Shown piece by piece: positions 28,522 to 38,029 of a DNA stretch of 64,000 nucleotides. Made by a program: the position numbers and the translations under genes. Position 1 is the stretch's first letter. Each line of letters begins with the position of its first letter. The notes beneath the pieces were generated by a model that saw nothing but the letters and a program-made list of their open reading frames with translations, ran no database searches and had not been told where the DNA came from. Location: positions 28 to 64,027 of the forward strand of contig JBAUJO010000165.1 in assembly GCA_049683875.1 (NCBI GenBank), written 5' to 3'. Source of the stretch: Ornithinimicrobium sp. Its GTDB lineage: Bacteria > Actinomycetota > Actinomycetes > Actinomycetales > Dermatophilaceae.

Positions 28522-29066
28522 GGGCGAGGAGGCGCAGAGGTGTCCGGATGGATCGCGACGAACACCGAGACGCGCTCACCGTCGGCGTCGCGTGGCCGGT
28601 CATGCATCTCCTTCAGCAAGGCGTAGAGGCGCTCGCGAAACTCGCTGAGATCGGCGCCGCTGAGTCGCAGACCGAGGCGAGTCATCTCCACCTCGTGTTC
28701 AGGCGACTTCCTCACCTCGTCGATGAACGCGTCCAACATCGAGTGGACGCCCACCGGAGTGCTGACGTACCACGACTTGCCCGTGGCCCGGTAAGGGATC
28801 TCCTTCGCCCCGCGGGCGCCTCGACGCGCCTCTTCGGGGCGAAGAAACCCCGTCTGCACGAGCCGCCGGACGTGATGCAGGGCCGAGGCGGGAGCCATGT
28901 CCAGGATGTCGGCGATCTCCTTGTTGGTCAGTGGTTCGTCCAGGGTCAGCCGCAAGATCTTCAGCCGTAGCCCGGAGGCGAGGGCCTTGGCTTCGGCGTC
29001 GGAGGCCTCCCGATACTCATGACGCGCATGTTCTGGCCGGTTGTCGGGCGGCTCGGCCGTCGGCAT
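28518..29066 (-). CDS. ArsR-family winged-helix transcriptional regulator with C-terminal extension
   Basis: ORF 28518..29105, trimmed to ATG 29066. The wHTH block reads ALASGLRLKILRLTLDEPLTNKEIADILDMAPASALHHVRRLVQTGFL. It is divergent from the MFS gene. Confidence 0.75.
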   Translation of the reverse strand: MPTAEPPDNRPEHARHEYREASDAEAKALASGLRLKILRLTLDEPLTNKEIADILDMAPASALHHVRRLVQTGFLRPEEARRGARGAKEIPYRATGKSWYVSTPVGVHSMLDAFIDEVRKSPEHEVEMTRLGLRLSGADLSEFRERLYALLKEMHDRPRDADGERVSVFVAIHPDTSAPPRP

Positions 29067-29133
29067 AGGAGGCAGTCTAACCGCCGGACAACGAGCGATT
29101 GACAAATCCCAATCACTAACTCAGAGTGGCTGC

Positions 29134-30390
29134 ATGACCCGCGCCTCGTCGTTGTGGCGACATCGAGACTTCCGTCTGGTGTGGGCCGGTGACACCGTCA
29201 GCGTCTTCGGAATGCAGATCGTCGGCCTGGCCATCCCGCTGATGGCGGTGCAGCTGCTGGATGCCACACCGTTCGAGATGGGCCTGCTCGCGGCACTGGA
29301 GATGGCCGCCTTCCTGCTGATCTCCCTGCCGGCGGGGGCGTGGGTCGATCGCTGGCACAAGAAGCGCGTCATCGTGCTCGGCGACCTGAGCCGTGCTGCC
29401 GTGCTCGCGCTGTTGCCGCTCGCGTGGGCGTTCGATGCGCTCGCGATGTGGCAGGTGTATGCCGTGGCCCTGGTCAGCGGCGCGATCACCGTGTTCTTCG
29501 ACGTCGCCAACCAGTCCTTCCTGCCGGAGATCGTGGACACCGACCATCTCGCGGACGGTAACGGCAAGCTCCAGGCCAGCCAACAGGTGGCCGGCGTCGC
29601 CGGGCCTGCAGCGGGCGCAGCGTTGATTCGTCTCATCGGCTCACCTGTGGCGGTGGCCGTCACGTCGGTGTGTATGGCGGCCTCCTCGATGCTGGTGAGC
29701 AGGGTCGACCACGTCGAGACCCCGACCCCACGCGAGGAACGCCGCCCGATGCGCGTCGAGATCGGTGAGGGACTGTCGTTCGTCATCCGACATCCCCTGC
29801 TCGTGCGCATCACGGCCTGCACCGGCATCAGCAACTTCGCGAGCAACATCCTCTACGCGCTGTTCGTCCTCTACGTCGTGCGCACGCTCGGTCTGCCCGA
29901 GACCACGCTGGGGCTGATCTTCTCGGTCAGCGCCGTCGGGGGAGTGCTCGGCGCCGTCAGCGCCGGCCCGGTGTCGCGGTGGATGGGTGAGGGCCGCTCC
30001 ATCCCGTTCACCGCGGTGCTGATGCCCTTGGCGGCGGTCTCCACCCCCACGGCCAGTCTGACGGCTCCGGTGCCCGTCCTGCTCGGAGGTGGCTTCGTGC
30101 TGGGCTGGGCCGTGGTCGTCTACAACGTCGTCCAGGTCAGCTTCCGGCAGCGCCTGTGCCCTCAGCCTCTGCTGGGTCGGATGAACGCCTCGATCCGGTT
30201 CTTGGTCTGGGGCCCCATCCCGCTCGGGGCCCTGGCCGGTGGAGCGCTGGGCAGCGCCCTCGGGGTGGTTCCCGCGCTCTGGGTCGGGGTGGCGGTGCTG
30301 AGCCTGGCTGCGTTGCCCGTCGTCATGAGCCCGCTGTTGTTCATGCGCGACCTACCGCGCGAGCTCGACGCCTTGGGATCGGATGCCTAG
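29134..30390 (+). CDS. MFS transporter (EntS/MFS_3-like)
   Basis: In frame with ORF 29041..30390. ATG 29134 begins MTRASSLWRHRDFRLVWAGDTVSVFGMQIVGLAIPLMAV. It has about 12 TM helices. Confidence 0.8.
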   Translation: MTRASSLWRHRDFRLVWAGDTVSVFGMQIVGLAIPLMAVQLLDATPFEMGLLAALEMAAFLLISLPAGAWVDRWHKKRVIVLGDLSRAAVLALLPLAWAFDALAMWQVYAVALVSGAITVFFDVANQSFLPEIVDTDHLADGNGKLQASQQVAGVAGPAAGAALIRLIGSPVAVAVTSVCMAASSMLVSRVDHVETPTPREERRPMRVEIGEGLSFVIRHPLLVRITACTGISNFASNILYALFVLYVVRTLGLPETTLGLIFSVSAVGGVLGAVSAGPVSRWMGEGRSIPFTAVLMPLAAVSTPTASLTAPVPVLLGGGFVLGWAVVVYNVVQVSFRQRLCPQPLLGRMNASIRFLVWGPIPLGALAGGALGSALGVVPALWVGVAVLSLAALPVVMSPLLFMRDLPRELDALGSDA

Positions 30391-30398
30391 TCGCGTGC

Positions 30399-32144
30399 TC
30401 AGCTCAGTCTCAACCACGCGGTGCTGTCGTGCCGCAGCTGCTCGTCGACCAGGGAGTGGCTCGTCAGTAGCACCTCCCCGCCCTCGGGGAGGGGCACCGG
30501 GGCCGTGCCCAGGTTCGTCAGGACTGCCATGACCCCTCCGTCAGGGCCGGTGTTGGTGAAGGCGATGACCTCGTCACCGTAGCCGTCCATCCACGCGAGC
30601 TCTCCGGTGCCGAGACCGTGCTTTCGCCGTAGCCCCAGCGCGGTGCGGTACAGCTCCAGCGTCGAGCCCGGTACGCCAGCCTGACGGTCCACCGCGAGCG
30701 AGCCGTAGATCTCCGGCTGGGGCAGCCACGTGCGTGCGGACTCCCCGAAGCCGTAGGCGGTCGCCCCGGCCTCCCACGGCATCGGGATGCGACACCCGTC
30801 GCGGCCCCGCTGGGTGTGCTCGCTGCGCTCCCAGGTCGGGTCCTGACGCTCGGCGTCCGGGATCGAGGTGTGCTCGGGCAGACCCAGCTCCTCGCCCTGG
30901 TAGAGGTAGGCCGACCCGGGCAGGGCCAGCATGAGCACCGTCCCGGCGCGGGCCCGGCGTAGCCCCAGCATCTCGTTGGGCTGCGGGTCCGTCATCCCGA
31001 TGCCGTTGGGCCGCTTCTCACCCGAGGTGAGCCCGTAGCGGGACGCGTGCCGCACGACATCGTGGTTGGACAGCACCCAGGTGGTGGGCGCGCCGACGTC
31101 GTGAGCCACGCTCAACGAGTCCTCGATCACGCCCCGCAGCTGCGGCGCCGACCAGGGACACTCCAGGAACGCGAAGTTGAAGGCCTGGTGCATCTCGTCG
31201 GGCCGGGTGTAGAGCGCGGCCCGGCTGATCGGCTGCACCCACGCCTCGGCCACGAGGATGCGGTCTTGCTCGGGGTCGTCGTCGGGGTTGTACTCGTTGA
31301 GCACCTCGCGCCATCCGCGGTAGATCTCGTGCACTCCCTCGCGGTCCCACATCGGGTTGTCGATGCTCTCGTCGGCCTGGAACACCGTGGTGTCCGGGTC
31401 GGGGTTGAAGTCCGGCAGCCCGTCGGTCTTGACCAGGCCGTGCGCCACGTCGACCCGGAAACCATCGACGCCGCGGTCCAGCCAGAACCGCAGCACGTCG
31501 CGGAACATCTCGCGAACCTCAGGGTTCTGCCAGTTGAGGTCGGGTTGCTTCACGTCGAACAGATGCAGGTACCACTGCCCCGCGCTTCCGTCGGGCTCGG
31601 TGACCTGCTCCCAGGCCGGCCCCCCGAACACGGCCTGCCAGTTGTTCGGCGGCTCGTCACCCTCGGGCCCGGCGCCGTCACGAAACATGTAGCGCTCGCG
31701 CTCCGGCGACCCGGCACCGGCCTGCAGCGCCTGTTGGAACCAGGCGTGCTCGTCCGAGGTGTGGTTCGGCACGAGGTCGACGATGACGCGGATGCCGAGG
31801 TCGTGCGCGGTGCTGATGAGGCGGTCCGCGTCAGCGAGCTCGCCGAACAGGGGGTCGATCTCGTAGTAGTCGGCGACGTCGTAGCCCGCGTCGGCCATCG
31901 GCGAGACGTAGAACGGGCTGACCCAGATCGCGTCGACGCCGAGGTCGCGCAGGTAGGGCAGCCGGTCAATGATGCCGGGCAGGTCACCGATACCGTCGGC
32001 GTTGCCATCGGCCCACGACCGCGGATAGACCTGGTAGATCACCGCGTGACGCCACCAGGCGTCGGGTGCTCCGGTCGTGCCGGTGCCGCCGGGGGACTCG
32101 GATGTCTCGGGTGAGTTCGAGGCGGGAGAGATCACGGCCCACAT
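30399..32144 (-). CDS. GH13 alpha-glucosidase (oligo-1,6-glucosidase / trehalose-6-P hydrolase-like)
   Basis: ORF 30399..32144 (581 aa). Blocks are WWRHAVIYQVYPRSWADGNADGIGDL, DLVPNHTSDEH, GFRVDVAH, EAW and NHD, which are the four conserved GH13 regions. Confidence 0.9.
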   Translation of the reverse strand: MWAVISPASNSPETSESPGGTGTTGAPDAWWRHAVIYQVYPRSWADGNADGIGDLPGIIDRLPYLRDLGVDAIWVSPFYVSPMADAGYDVADYYEIDPLFGELADADRLISTAHDLGIRVIVDLVPNHTSDEHAWFQQALQAGAGSPERERYMFRDGAGPEGDEPPNNWQAVFGGPAWEQVTEPDGSAGQWYLHLFDVKQPDLNWQNPEVREMFRDVLRFWLDRGVDGFRVDVAHGLVKTDGLPDFNPDPDTTVFQADESIDNPMWDREGVHEIYRGWREVLNEYNPDDDPEQDRILVAEAWVQPISRAALYTRPDEMHQAFNFAFLECPWSAPQLRGVIEDSLSVAHDVGAPTTWVLSNHDVVRHASRYGLTSGEKRPNGIGMTDPQPNEMLGLRRARAGTVLMLALPGSAYLYQGEELGLPEHTSIPDAERQDPTWERSEHTQRGRDGCRIPMPWEAGATAYGFGESARTWLPQPEIYGSLAVDRQAGVPGSTLELYRTALGLRRKHGLGTGELAWMDGYGDEVIAFTNTGPDGGVMAVLTNLGTAPVPLPEGGEVLLTSHSLVDEQLRHDSTAWLRLS

Positions 32145-32204
32145 CCTGCCGCATCGGGCGAAGAGCCCACGAACAGGGAACGTGGCGGGCCCGGCGCGGC
32201 CGCC

Positions 32205-32606
32205 TCAGTCGTCGTCGGCGTTGACCATGAAGTGCGCGGCGTGGCTCATGTAGGCGCGCATCATCTCGTCGTCCATCGGGTCGAGCTCGAGGCTGTCGAC
32301 GGCGGCGTACATATGGGTGAGCCAGCGGTCCCGCTGGCTGGGGGTGACCCGGAAGGGCATGTGTCGCATCCGCAGCCTGGGATGACCTCGCTCCTGGCTG
32401 TAGGTCTTCGGGCCTCCCCAGTACTGCTCCAAGAACATCAACAGTCGCTGTTGCGCGCCGGCCAGGTCGGCTTCGGGGTAGAGCGCTCGCAGGGGCGGGT
32501 CATGGGCGACACCCCGGTAGAACTCGCTGACCAGCCTCACGAACGTCTCGTGCCCGCCGACCCGCTCGTAGTAGGTGGGCTGGTCCCCGAGCGCTGGATC
32601 TGTCAC
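32205..32606 (-). CDS. glbO: group II truncated haemoglobin (trHbO)
   Basis: ORF 32205..32606 (133 aa, GTG start). Blocks TYYERVGGHETFVRLVSEFY, LMFLEQYWGGPKTYSQERGHPRLRMRH and PFRVT are typical of GlbO. Confidence 0.9.
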   Translation of the reverse strand: MTDPALGDQPTYYERVGGHETFVRLVSEFYRGVAHDPPLRALYPEADLAGAQQRLLMFLEQYWGGPKTYSQERGHPRLRMRHMPFRVTPSQRDRWLTHMYAAVDSLELDPMDDEMMRAYMSHAAHFMVNADDD

Positions 32607-32768
32607 CGGTCCAGTGTGTCACCGGCCCGGAAGCGCGTCGTCGGCCTCCAGGACGGTGATATCGAAACGCGCGTACTCTTCCACGAGCAGCGCGCGCCAG
32701 CGCAACCGTGAGCAGCTCGTGGGCCCGGCGCTGGAGGGGCGCCGACCGCTCATCGTCGACCCGGGGCG

Positions 32769-33677
32769 CTAGGCCTGGTTGTTGTACGGAGTGATCTGGG
32801 GGCCGCGGATGCCGTGCTCGTCCAGCGCGGCCTTGACCAGGCGGCGAATGCTGCGGGGCATCGCCCACTGCTCGCCCGGCTTGCACTTGGCGAAGATGCG
32901 CAGCGTCATCACTCCACCGGAGACGGACTCGACGCCGGCGACGCTGGGCTGCTCGATGAGCTTGGCCCTCAGGTCCGGGTCGGCCCAGACGTTCTCGGTG
33001 ACCTCGTCCAACAGCGGTATGACGCGGCCCGGGTCCTCGTCGTAGGCCACAGGGATGTCGATTGTGGCCACCGACCACCCCTCGGACTGGTTGCCGATGC
33101 GGATGATCTCGCCGTTGCGGACGAACCACACCACGCCGGCGGCGTCGCGCAGCCGCGTGATCCGCAGCGTCACCTCCTCGACGGTGCCCACGGCTTCGCC
33201 GGTATCGATCAGGTCGCCCACGCCGTACTGGTCCTCGATGATCATGAAGATGCCCGACAGGAAGTCCTTGACCAGGGCCTGGGCGCCGAACCCGAGCGCA
33301 ACCCCGCCGACCCCAGCCGAGGCCAGCAAGGGACCGACGGGGATGTTGACCTCGGCCATGACGGTCAGGATGGCGACCGCGGAGATCGTGAAGGTCGCCA
33401 CGCTGCGCAGCAGTGAGCCCAGGGTCAGCGCCCGTTGGTGTCGCCGTTCGATGTCGGCTGCAGTGGCGGCGTCGACGGCCTTCTTGTTGGGTCGCTCGCG
33501 CTGCTTCTCCTCGGCGCGGGCGGCCGCTGCCGTCTCCAGGCTGCGGATCGAACGATGGATGAGCCAGCGCAACACCACGGCGCCGAGAATGATCAACGCG
33601 ATCCGAAGCGGTGCTCCGAGCAACGCGGCGCCGAACTCTTCCCAGGATTCGAAGGGCATACAGCCATTCTCGCCCAT
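32769..33677 (-). CDS. MscS-family mechanosensitive channel
   Basis: In frame with ORF 32769..33911, trimmed to ATG 33677 (alternative 33659, MPFESW). It has 3 TM helices followed by GFGAQALVKDFLSGIFMIIEDQYGVGDLI, the MscS beta-domain signature. Confidence 0.85.
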   Translation of the reverse strand: MGENGCMPFESWEEFGAALLGAPLRIALIILGAVVLRWLIHRSIRSLETAAAARAEEKQRERPNKKAVDAATAADIERRHQRALTLGSLLRSVATFTISAVAILTVMAEVNIPVGPLLASAGVGGVALGFGAQALVKDFLSGIFMIIEDQYGVGDLIDTGEAVGTVEEVTLRITRLRDAAGVVWFVRNGEIIRIGNQSEGWSVATIDIPVAYDEDPGRVIPLLDEVTENVWADPDLRAKLIEQPSVAGVESVSGGVMTLRIFAKCKPGEQWAMPRSIRRLVKAALDEHGIRGPQITPYNNQA

Positions 33678-33754
33678 CGCAGGGCCCGGCCTGGCAGACT
33701 GTGGCCCCCTGCGCCACGCCCGCGCGCCCACACTCGACGAGAGGGAAGCACCCC

Positions 33755-35899
33755 GTGACGCAGATGTTGCCCGAGGGCCTGAACGACCTGGCCCAGGCGT
33801 ACGGCGTCGCCACCGAGTTCTGGGACTGGCAGGGGCGGCACCGTCCGGTGACCGTGGAGACGGTGCGTGCGGTCTTGGACGCGCTCGGCGTCCAGGCGCA
33901 CGATGACGCACAGACGGCCGGAGCCCTCGCCGACGTGCGCGATGCCCCGTGGCGTGACATCGCTCCTCCCTTCGTCGTCGCCGCGGCGGGCCAGGTGCCG
34001 CATCTGCCCGTTCACGCCGGGGCTGGGGAGTCGGTCAAGGCTTCGCTGCGCACCGAGAACGGTGAGGTGCGCGCGCTCACCCTGCTGGAGGCTGAGCAGG
34101 GTGAGCCGCCCACCCGCACCGTCGACGGAATGGTGGTCACCCGGCATACCCTCGACCTGCCGACCGACCTTCCGCTGGGCTGGCACTCGGTCGAGATCGT
34201 GTGTGAGTCGAAGGACCGCCCCTCGCGCAGCGCGTGCACGACCTACGTGGTGTACCCGAAGCGCCTGGGTCTGCCTGCGGGTCTGGCTGGTAGTGGGGAG
34301 CAGCAGTGGGGCCTGATGACCCAGCTGTACGCGATGCGCTCCAGCCAGTCCTGGGGGATCGGCGACCTGGCTGACCTCGCCGACGCCGGTGCCTGGGCGG
34401 CCGGCCTCGGTGCGGACTTCGTGCTGGTCAACCCCCTACACGCCGGTGAGCCGGAGGCACCGCTGGAACCCTCTCCCTACCTGCCCACCACGCGCCGGTT
34501 CGTCAGCCCGCTCTACATCCGGGTCGAGGACGTGGCTGAGGTGGCCTATCTCTCTGCCGCCGAGCGTCAGCTCGTGGAGTGGCATGCCGACGACGCGAAG
34601 GCCTTCCTCGAGCTCGACCATCTGGAGCGGGATGCGGTGTGGCGGGCCAAGGAGGCCGCCCTGCGAATGGTCTTCCGCCAGCCCCGCTCGTTGCGGCGCG
34701 ACCGCGCCTTCGAGGCCTTCTGTGAGCGAGGAGGGCGCAGTCTGCTCGACTTCGCCAGCTGGTGTGCGCTCGGCGTGCAGCACGGGCCCGCGTGGAACAC
34801 CTGGCCCGAGGAGCTGCAGGACCCGGCGAGCCCGGCGGTGGAGGCGTTCCGGTCCGAGCGTGCCACGGACGTCCAGTTCTGGTGCTGGCTGCAGTGGATC
34901 CTGGCCGAGCAGCTCGCCGGAGTGCAGCGCGACCTGGTGGACACCGGTATGCGCGTCGGCGTCGTGCACGACCTCGCCGTCGGCGTGCACCCGCTGGGCG
35001 CCGATGCCTGGGCACTCCGGCACACGCTCGCCCGAGGGGTGACCGTCGGCGCACCGCCGGACCAGTACAACCAGCGTGGGCAGGACTGGAGCCAGCCCCC
35101 CTGGCAACCTGCGGCGTTGGCCGAGGCGGGCTACGAGCCCTACCGGGAGATGATCGCCGGTGTCCTGCGCGACGCCGGTGGGCTGCGCGTCGACCACGTG
35201 ATCGGGCTGTTCCGGCTGTGGTGGATCCCCGCGGGGTTGCCAGCCGACCAGGGCACCTACGTCCGCTATGACCACGAGGCGATGGTTGGCATCCTGATGC
35301 TGGAGGCCCACCGTGCCGGGGCGGTCGTGATCGGCGAGGATCTGGGCACCGTCGAGCCCTGGGTCCGCGACTACCTGCGCGAGCGCGGCATCCTCGGCAC
35401 CTCGATCCTGTGGTTCGAGCGGGACGAGCACGGCCCCCTGCCACCGGAGAAGTACCGCGAGCTGTGCCTGGCCACGGTGACGACCCACGACCTCCCGCCG
35501 ACGGCCGGCTATCTGGCCGGGGTGCACATGGAGCTACGTCGTGACCTCGACCTGCTCACCCGCCCGTGGGCGGAAGAGCTCGCCGAGGACGAGGGCGCTC
35601 GTGCCGAGGTGCTGGCCCAGCTGCGAGAACGTGGGCTGCTGCGAGAGGATGCCCCGATCTCCGAACAGGTGGAAGCCCTGCACCGGTATCTGACGTGGTC
35701 TCCGGCCAAGCTGATCGGGGTGTCCGTGTCCGACCTGGCTCGCGATGTCCGCATCATCAACCAGCCGGGCACGCACGAGGAGTACCCGAACTGGCAGGTG
35801 CCGCTGGCCGGGCCGGACGGTCGTCCTCTGCTGCTGGAGGAGCTCGTCGACCTGCGTAGTGCCGTGCGACTGGCCCGCACCGTGTCGCGTCGCTCTTGA
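33755..35899 (+). CDS. malQ: 4-alpha-glucanotransferase (amylomaltase)
   Basis: In frame with ORF 33611..35899. Start is GTG 33755 (RBS GAGGGAAG) or ATG 33764. The actinobacterial N-terminal extension reads LAQAYGVATEFWDWQGR, and the GH77 core includes WGIGDLADL, RVDHVIGLFRLWWIP, VIGEDLGTV and TTHDLPP. Confidence 0.9.
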   Translation: MTQMLPEGLNDLAQAYGVATEFWDWQGRHRPVTVETVRAVLDALGVQAHDDAQTAGALADVRDAPWRDIAPPFVVAAAGQVPHLPVHAGAGESVKASLRTENGEVRALTLLEAEQGEPPTRTVDGMVVTRHTLDLPTDLPLGWHSVEIVCESKDRPSRSACTTYVVYPKRLGLPAGLAGSGEQQWGLMTQLYAMRSSQSWGIGDLADLADAGAWAAGLGADFVLVNPLHAGEPEAPLEPSPYLPTTRRFVSPLYIRVEDVAEVAYLSAAERQLVEWHADDAKAFLELDHLERDAVWRAKEAALRMVFRQPRSLRRDRAFEAFCERGGRSLLDFASWCALGVQHGPAWNTWPEELQDPASPAVEAFRSERATDVQFWCWLQWILAEQLAGVQRDLVDTGMRVGVVHDLAVGVHPLGADAWALRHTLARGVTVGAPPDQYNQRGQDWSQPPWQPAALAEAGYEPYREMIAGVLRDAGGLRVDHVIGLFRLWWIPAGLPADQGTYVRYDHEAMVGILMLEAHRAGAVVIGEDLGTVEPWVRDYLRERGILGTSILWFERDEHGPLPPEKYRELCLATVTTHDLPPTAGYLAGVHMELRRDLDLLTRPWAEELAEDEGARAEVLAQLRERGLLREDAPISEQVEALHRYLTWSPAKLIGVSVSDLARDVRIINQPGTHEEYPNWQVPLAGPDGRPLLLEELVDLRSAVRLARTVSRRS

Positions 35900-35917
35900 G
35901 CTGACCGGGGCGAGCCC

Positions 35918-36439
35918 TCAGCTGCTGACCGTGACGGTCGTGGCCCGCTGGGGTCGTGCCGTGAGCACGGTGAACCGTTCCAGGACCACGAGCATCCGGG
36001 AGTCGAAGGGTTCGCTCGCATCCGTCGGCGCGAAGAACCGGCGGTGGGTCTCGCGCCACTGCTCCAGCGTCCGGGATCCTTCGCCCTCGGCTTCGGCGTG
36101 GGCCCGGTCGACCGCATCGAACGGCACCACCGTGACCTCGGTGGTCCGGATCAGGGCCCGCGGGTGCTCGCGCCCATCGAGCAGGATCGACAACGTGCCC
36201 GGCACCGGAAGCGCCTCGTCGTCGGCCTCGTAGTCAGCCCGACGACTCGACGTCGCGGTCTTCGTGCCGGCGAGGACCAGCCCGAGGAGCTCGTCGGCCT
36301 CCTGGGGGCTGCTCCCGAACGACCAGGCGGGCGGCTGAAGGGTCTCGGCGACGTTGCGTCCCAGGTAGGCCCCGGCAGGGTTCAGCCGACCACGGATCCG
36401 TGCGTCGTGCCAGAAGGCCTCGATCTCGCCTGGGTCCAT
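35918..36439 (-). CDS. ASCH domain protein
   Basis: ORF 35918..36439 (173 aa). Blocks are IEAFWHDARIRGRL, FGSSPQEADELLGLVLAGTKTAT, VVPFDAVDRAHAEAEGEGSRTLEQWRETHRRFF. Confidence 0.7.
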   Translation of the reverse strand: MDPGEIEAFWHDARIRGRLNPAGAYLGRNVAETLQPPAWSFGSSPQEADELLGLVLAGTKTATSSRRADYEADDEALPVPGTLSILLDGREHPRALIRTTEVTVVPFDAVDRAHAEAEGEGSRTLEQWRETHRRFFAPTDASEPFDSRMLVVLERFTVLTARPQRATTVTVSS

Positions 36440-36574
36440 GCCGGTGACGCTATCGCGTCGGCGCGGGCGGGCCCGAAGGGGCTGGCCTATAGTGTCGATG
36501 CGAGATCCGGGGCTACGGGAACGCAGTGACCGGGACGGCAGGGGTGGTCAGACAGGTCCGACCGGGGGTGAGCC

Positions 36575-38029
36575 GTGTCCTTCGAGACACCGGTACAGGT
36601 GGGGACGAGCCGCGCCGACGACAACGTCCTCATGGGCCCTGGGTCGGCGTCGGCTCTGGTCATTGGCAGCATCGTGGGGGTCGGCGTCTTCAGCATGCCG
36701 TACTCCCTGGCCGCGTTCGGGCCGATCAGCCTGGTGGCGATGGCGACCACCAGCGTCGGCGCGGTCGCCCTCGGCCTGACCTTCGCCAGCCTCTCGCGCC
36801 GCATGCCGGCCGAGGGAGGCCCCTACGCCTACGCCCGCGCGGCGTTCGGCAACGCGTGCGGGTTCGCCAACGCCTGGGCCTACTGGATCGCGGCATGGGC
36901 AGGCAACGCCGCGATCGCGGTCGGCTGGGTCTTCTACGTAGAGCGCTTCGTCAACCAGGGCGGGAGCACGTGGGCCTCGATCGCCATCGCGCTGTCGGGG
37001 TTGTGGATCACTGCGGCGATCAACCTCTCCGGAGTGCGCAACCTCAGCGCGTTCCAGGTCGTGACCACAGTCGTGAAGTTCGTCCCCCTCGCTCTGATGG
37101 CCACCGTGGGGCTGTTCTTCGTCGACCTCGACAACTTCACCCCATGGAACATCAGTGGGCAGACCTCGATGTCGGCAGTCGGCGGGGCTGCCGCCATCGC
37201 TCTGTTCAGCTACCTCGGCGTCGAGGCGGCCGCCGTGGCCGCCGCCAAGGTGCGCGACCCGCGGCGCAACGTCCCCCGGGCGACGGTCGTGGGCACGCTG
37301 CTCAGCACGGTTGCCTACGTCCTGTCGCTGGTCGCCGTGTTCGGCATCATGCCGGCCGCCGCGCTGGCCCAGGACGAGAACAAGGCGTCGTTCGCCAGCG
37401 TGGCGACCGAGGTGTCCGGTGCTGCCTGGGCCGGTGACCTGGTCGCGCTCATGGTCGTGGTCTCGGGGATTGGCGCGATGAACGGGTGGACGATGCTCTG
37501 TGCCGAGGTGCCCCTGGCGGCCGCGCGCAACGGGCTCTTTCCGCGCTGGTTCGCCACCGAGTCGCGCCGCGGGATGCCGTGGGTGGGCATCGTGGCCTCC
37601 GGCGCCTTGGCCAGCGTAGCGGTCCTGCTCAGCTACACAGGGACCCAGGGCGCCACGGTCTTCACCACCCTGGTCCTGATGACCGGCATCGCCGCCGCGG
37701 TGCCGTACGCCTTCTCGGCCCTGGCCCAGATCGTGTGGCGCATCCAGGACGGCCACGCCACCTCCGCGGCGCGGCTCGTGTGGGATCTGGCGGCGGCGGT
37801 GGTCGCTCTGGTGCTGTCCCTCGCCTTCATCTACTACTCCCGCAACACCGGTCAGACCTGGTATGTCGTGTGGGGTCCGTACCTGATGACCGCAGGCGCG
37901 GCCGCTCTCGGTGTGCCGGTGTATCTGGCCCAGCGAGGAAGGATGAGCGCGCCCGTTCCCCTTCCTACCTCAAGCGGTCGGCCGCCTGCGCGCGCAGGGC
38001 GCGGGCCACGCCGTCCCGGTTCTCGCTGA
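36575..38029 (+). CDS. APC-superfamily amino acid/polyamine permease (basic amino acid antiporter-like)
   Basis: ORF 36575..38029 (484 aa, GTG start). Blocks are LVIGSIVGVGVFSMPYSLA and MPAEGGPYAYARAAFGNACGFANAWAYW, with 12 TM helices. The last 65 nt overlap the pepN 3' end. Confidence 0.8.
   Translation: MSFETPVQVGTSRADDNVLMGPGSASALVIGSIVGVGVFSMPYSLAAFGPISLVAMATTSVGAVALGLTFASLSRRMPAEGGPYAYARAAFGNACGFANAWAYWIAAWAGNAAIAVGWVFYVERFVNQGGSTWASIAIALSGLWITAAINLSGVRNLSAFQVVTTVVKFVPLALMATVGLFFVDLDNFTPWNISGQTSMSAVGGAAAIALFSYLGVEAAAVAAAKVRDPRRNVPRATVVGTLLSTVAYVLSLVAVFGIMPAAALAQDENKASFASVATEVSGAAWAGDLVALMVVVSGIGAMNGWTMLCAEVPLAAARNGLFPRWFATESRRGMPWVGIVASGALASVAVLLSYTGTQGATVFTTLVLMTGIAAAVPYAFSALAQIVWRIQDGHATSAARLVWDLAAAVVALVLSLAFIYYSRNTGQTWYVVWGPYLMTAGAAALGVPVYLAQRGRMSAPVPLPTSSGRPPARAGRGPRRPGSR

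Noticed and set aside
32575-32772. A 65-aa plus-strand ORF in the glbO-mscS gap.
   Set aside because: It overlaps the glbO start in antisense, is Ser/Arg-rich and has no RBS. It is probably non-coding promoter region.
36440-36574. Fragments reminiscent of a ykkC/guanidine-I riboswitch (CTACGGGAACG, GGTCCGA) upstream of the APC permease.
   Set aside because: The matches are short with indels, and the conserved ACGR/GGGA 3' half is not recognisable. An APC amino-acid permease is not a usual target. A cmscan with RF00442 would be decisive.
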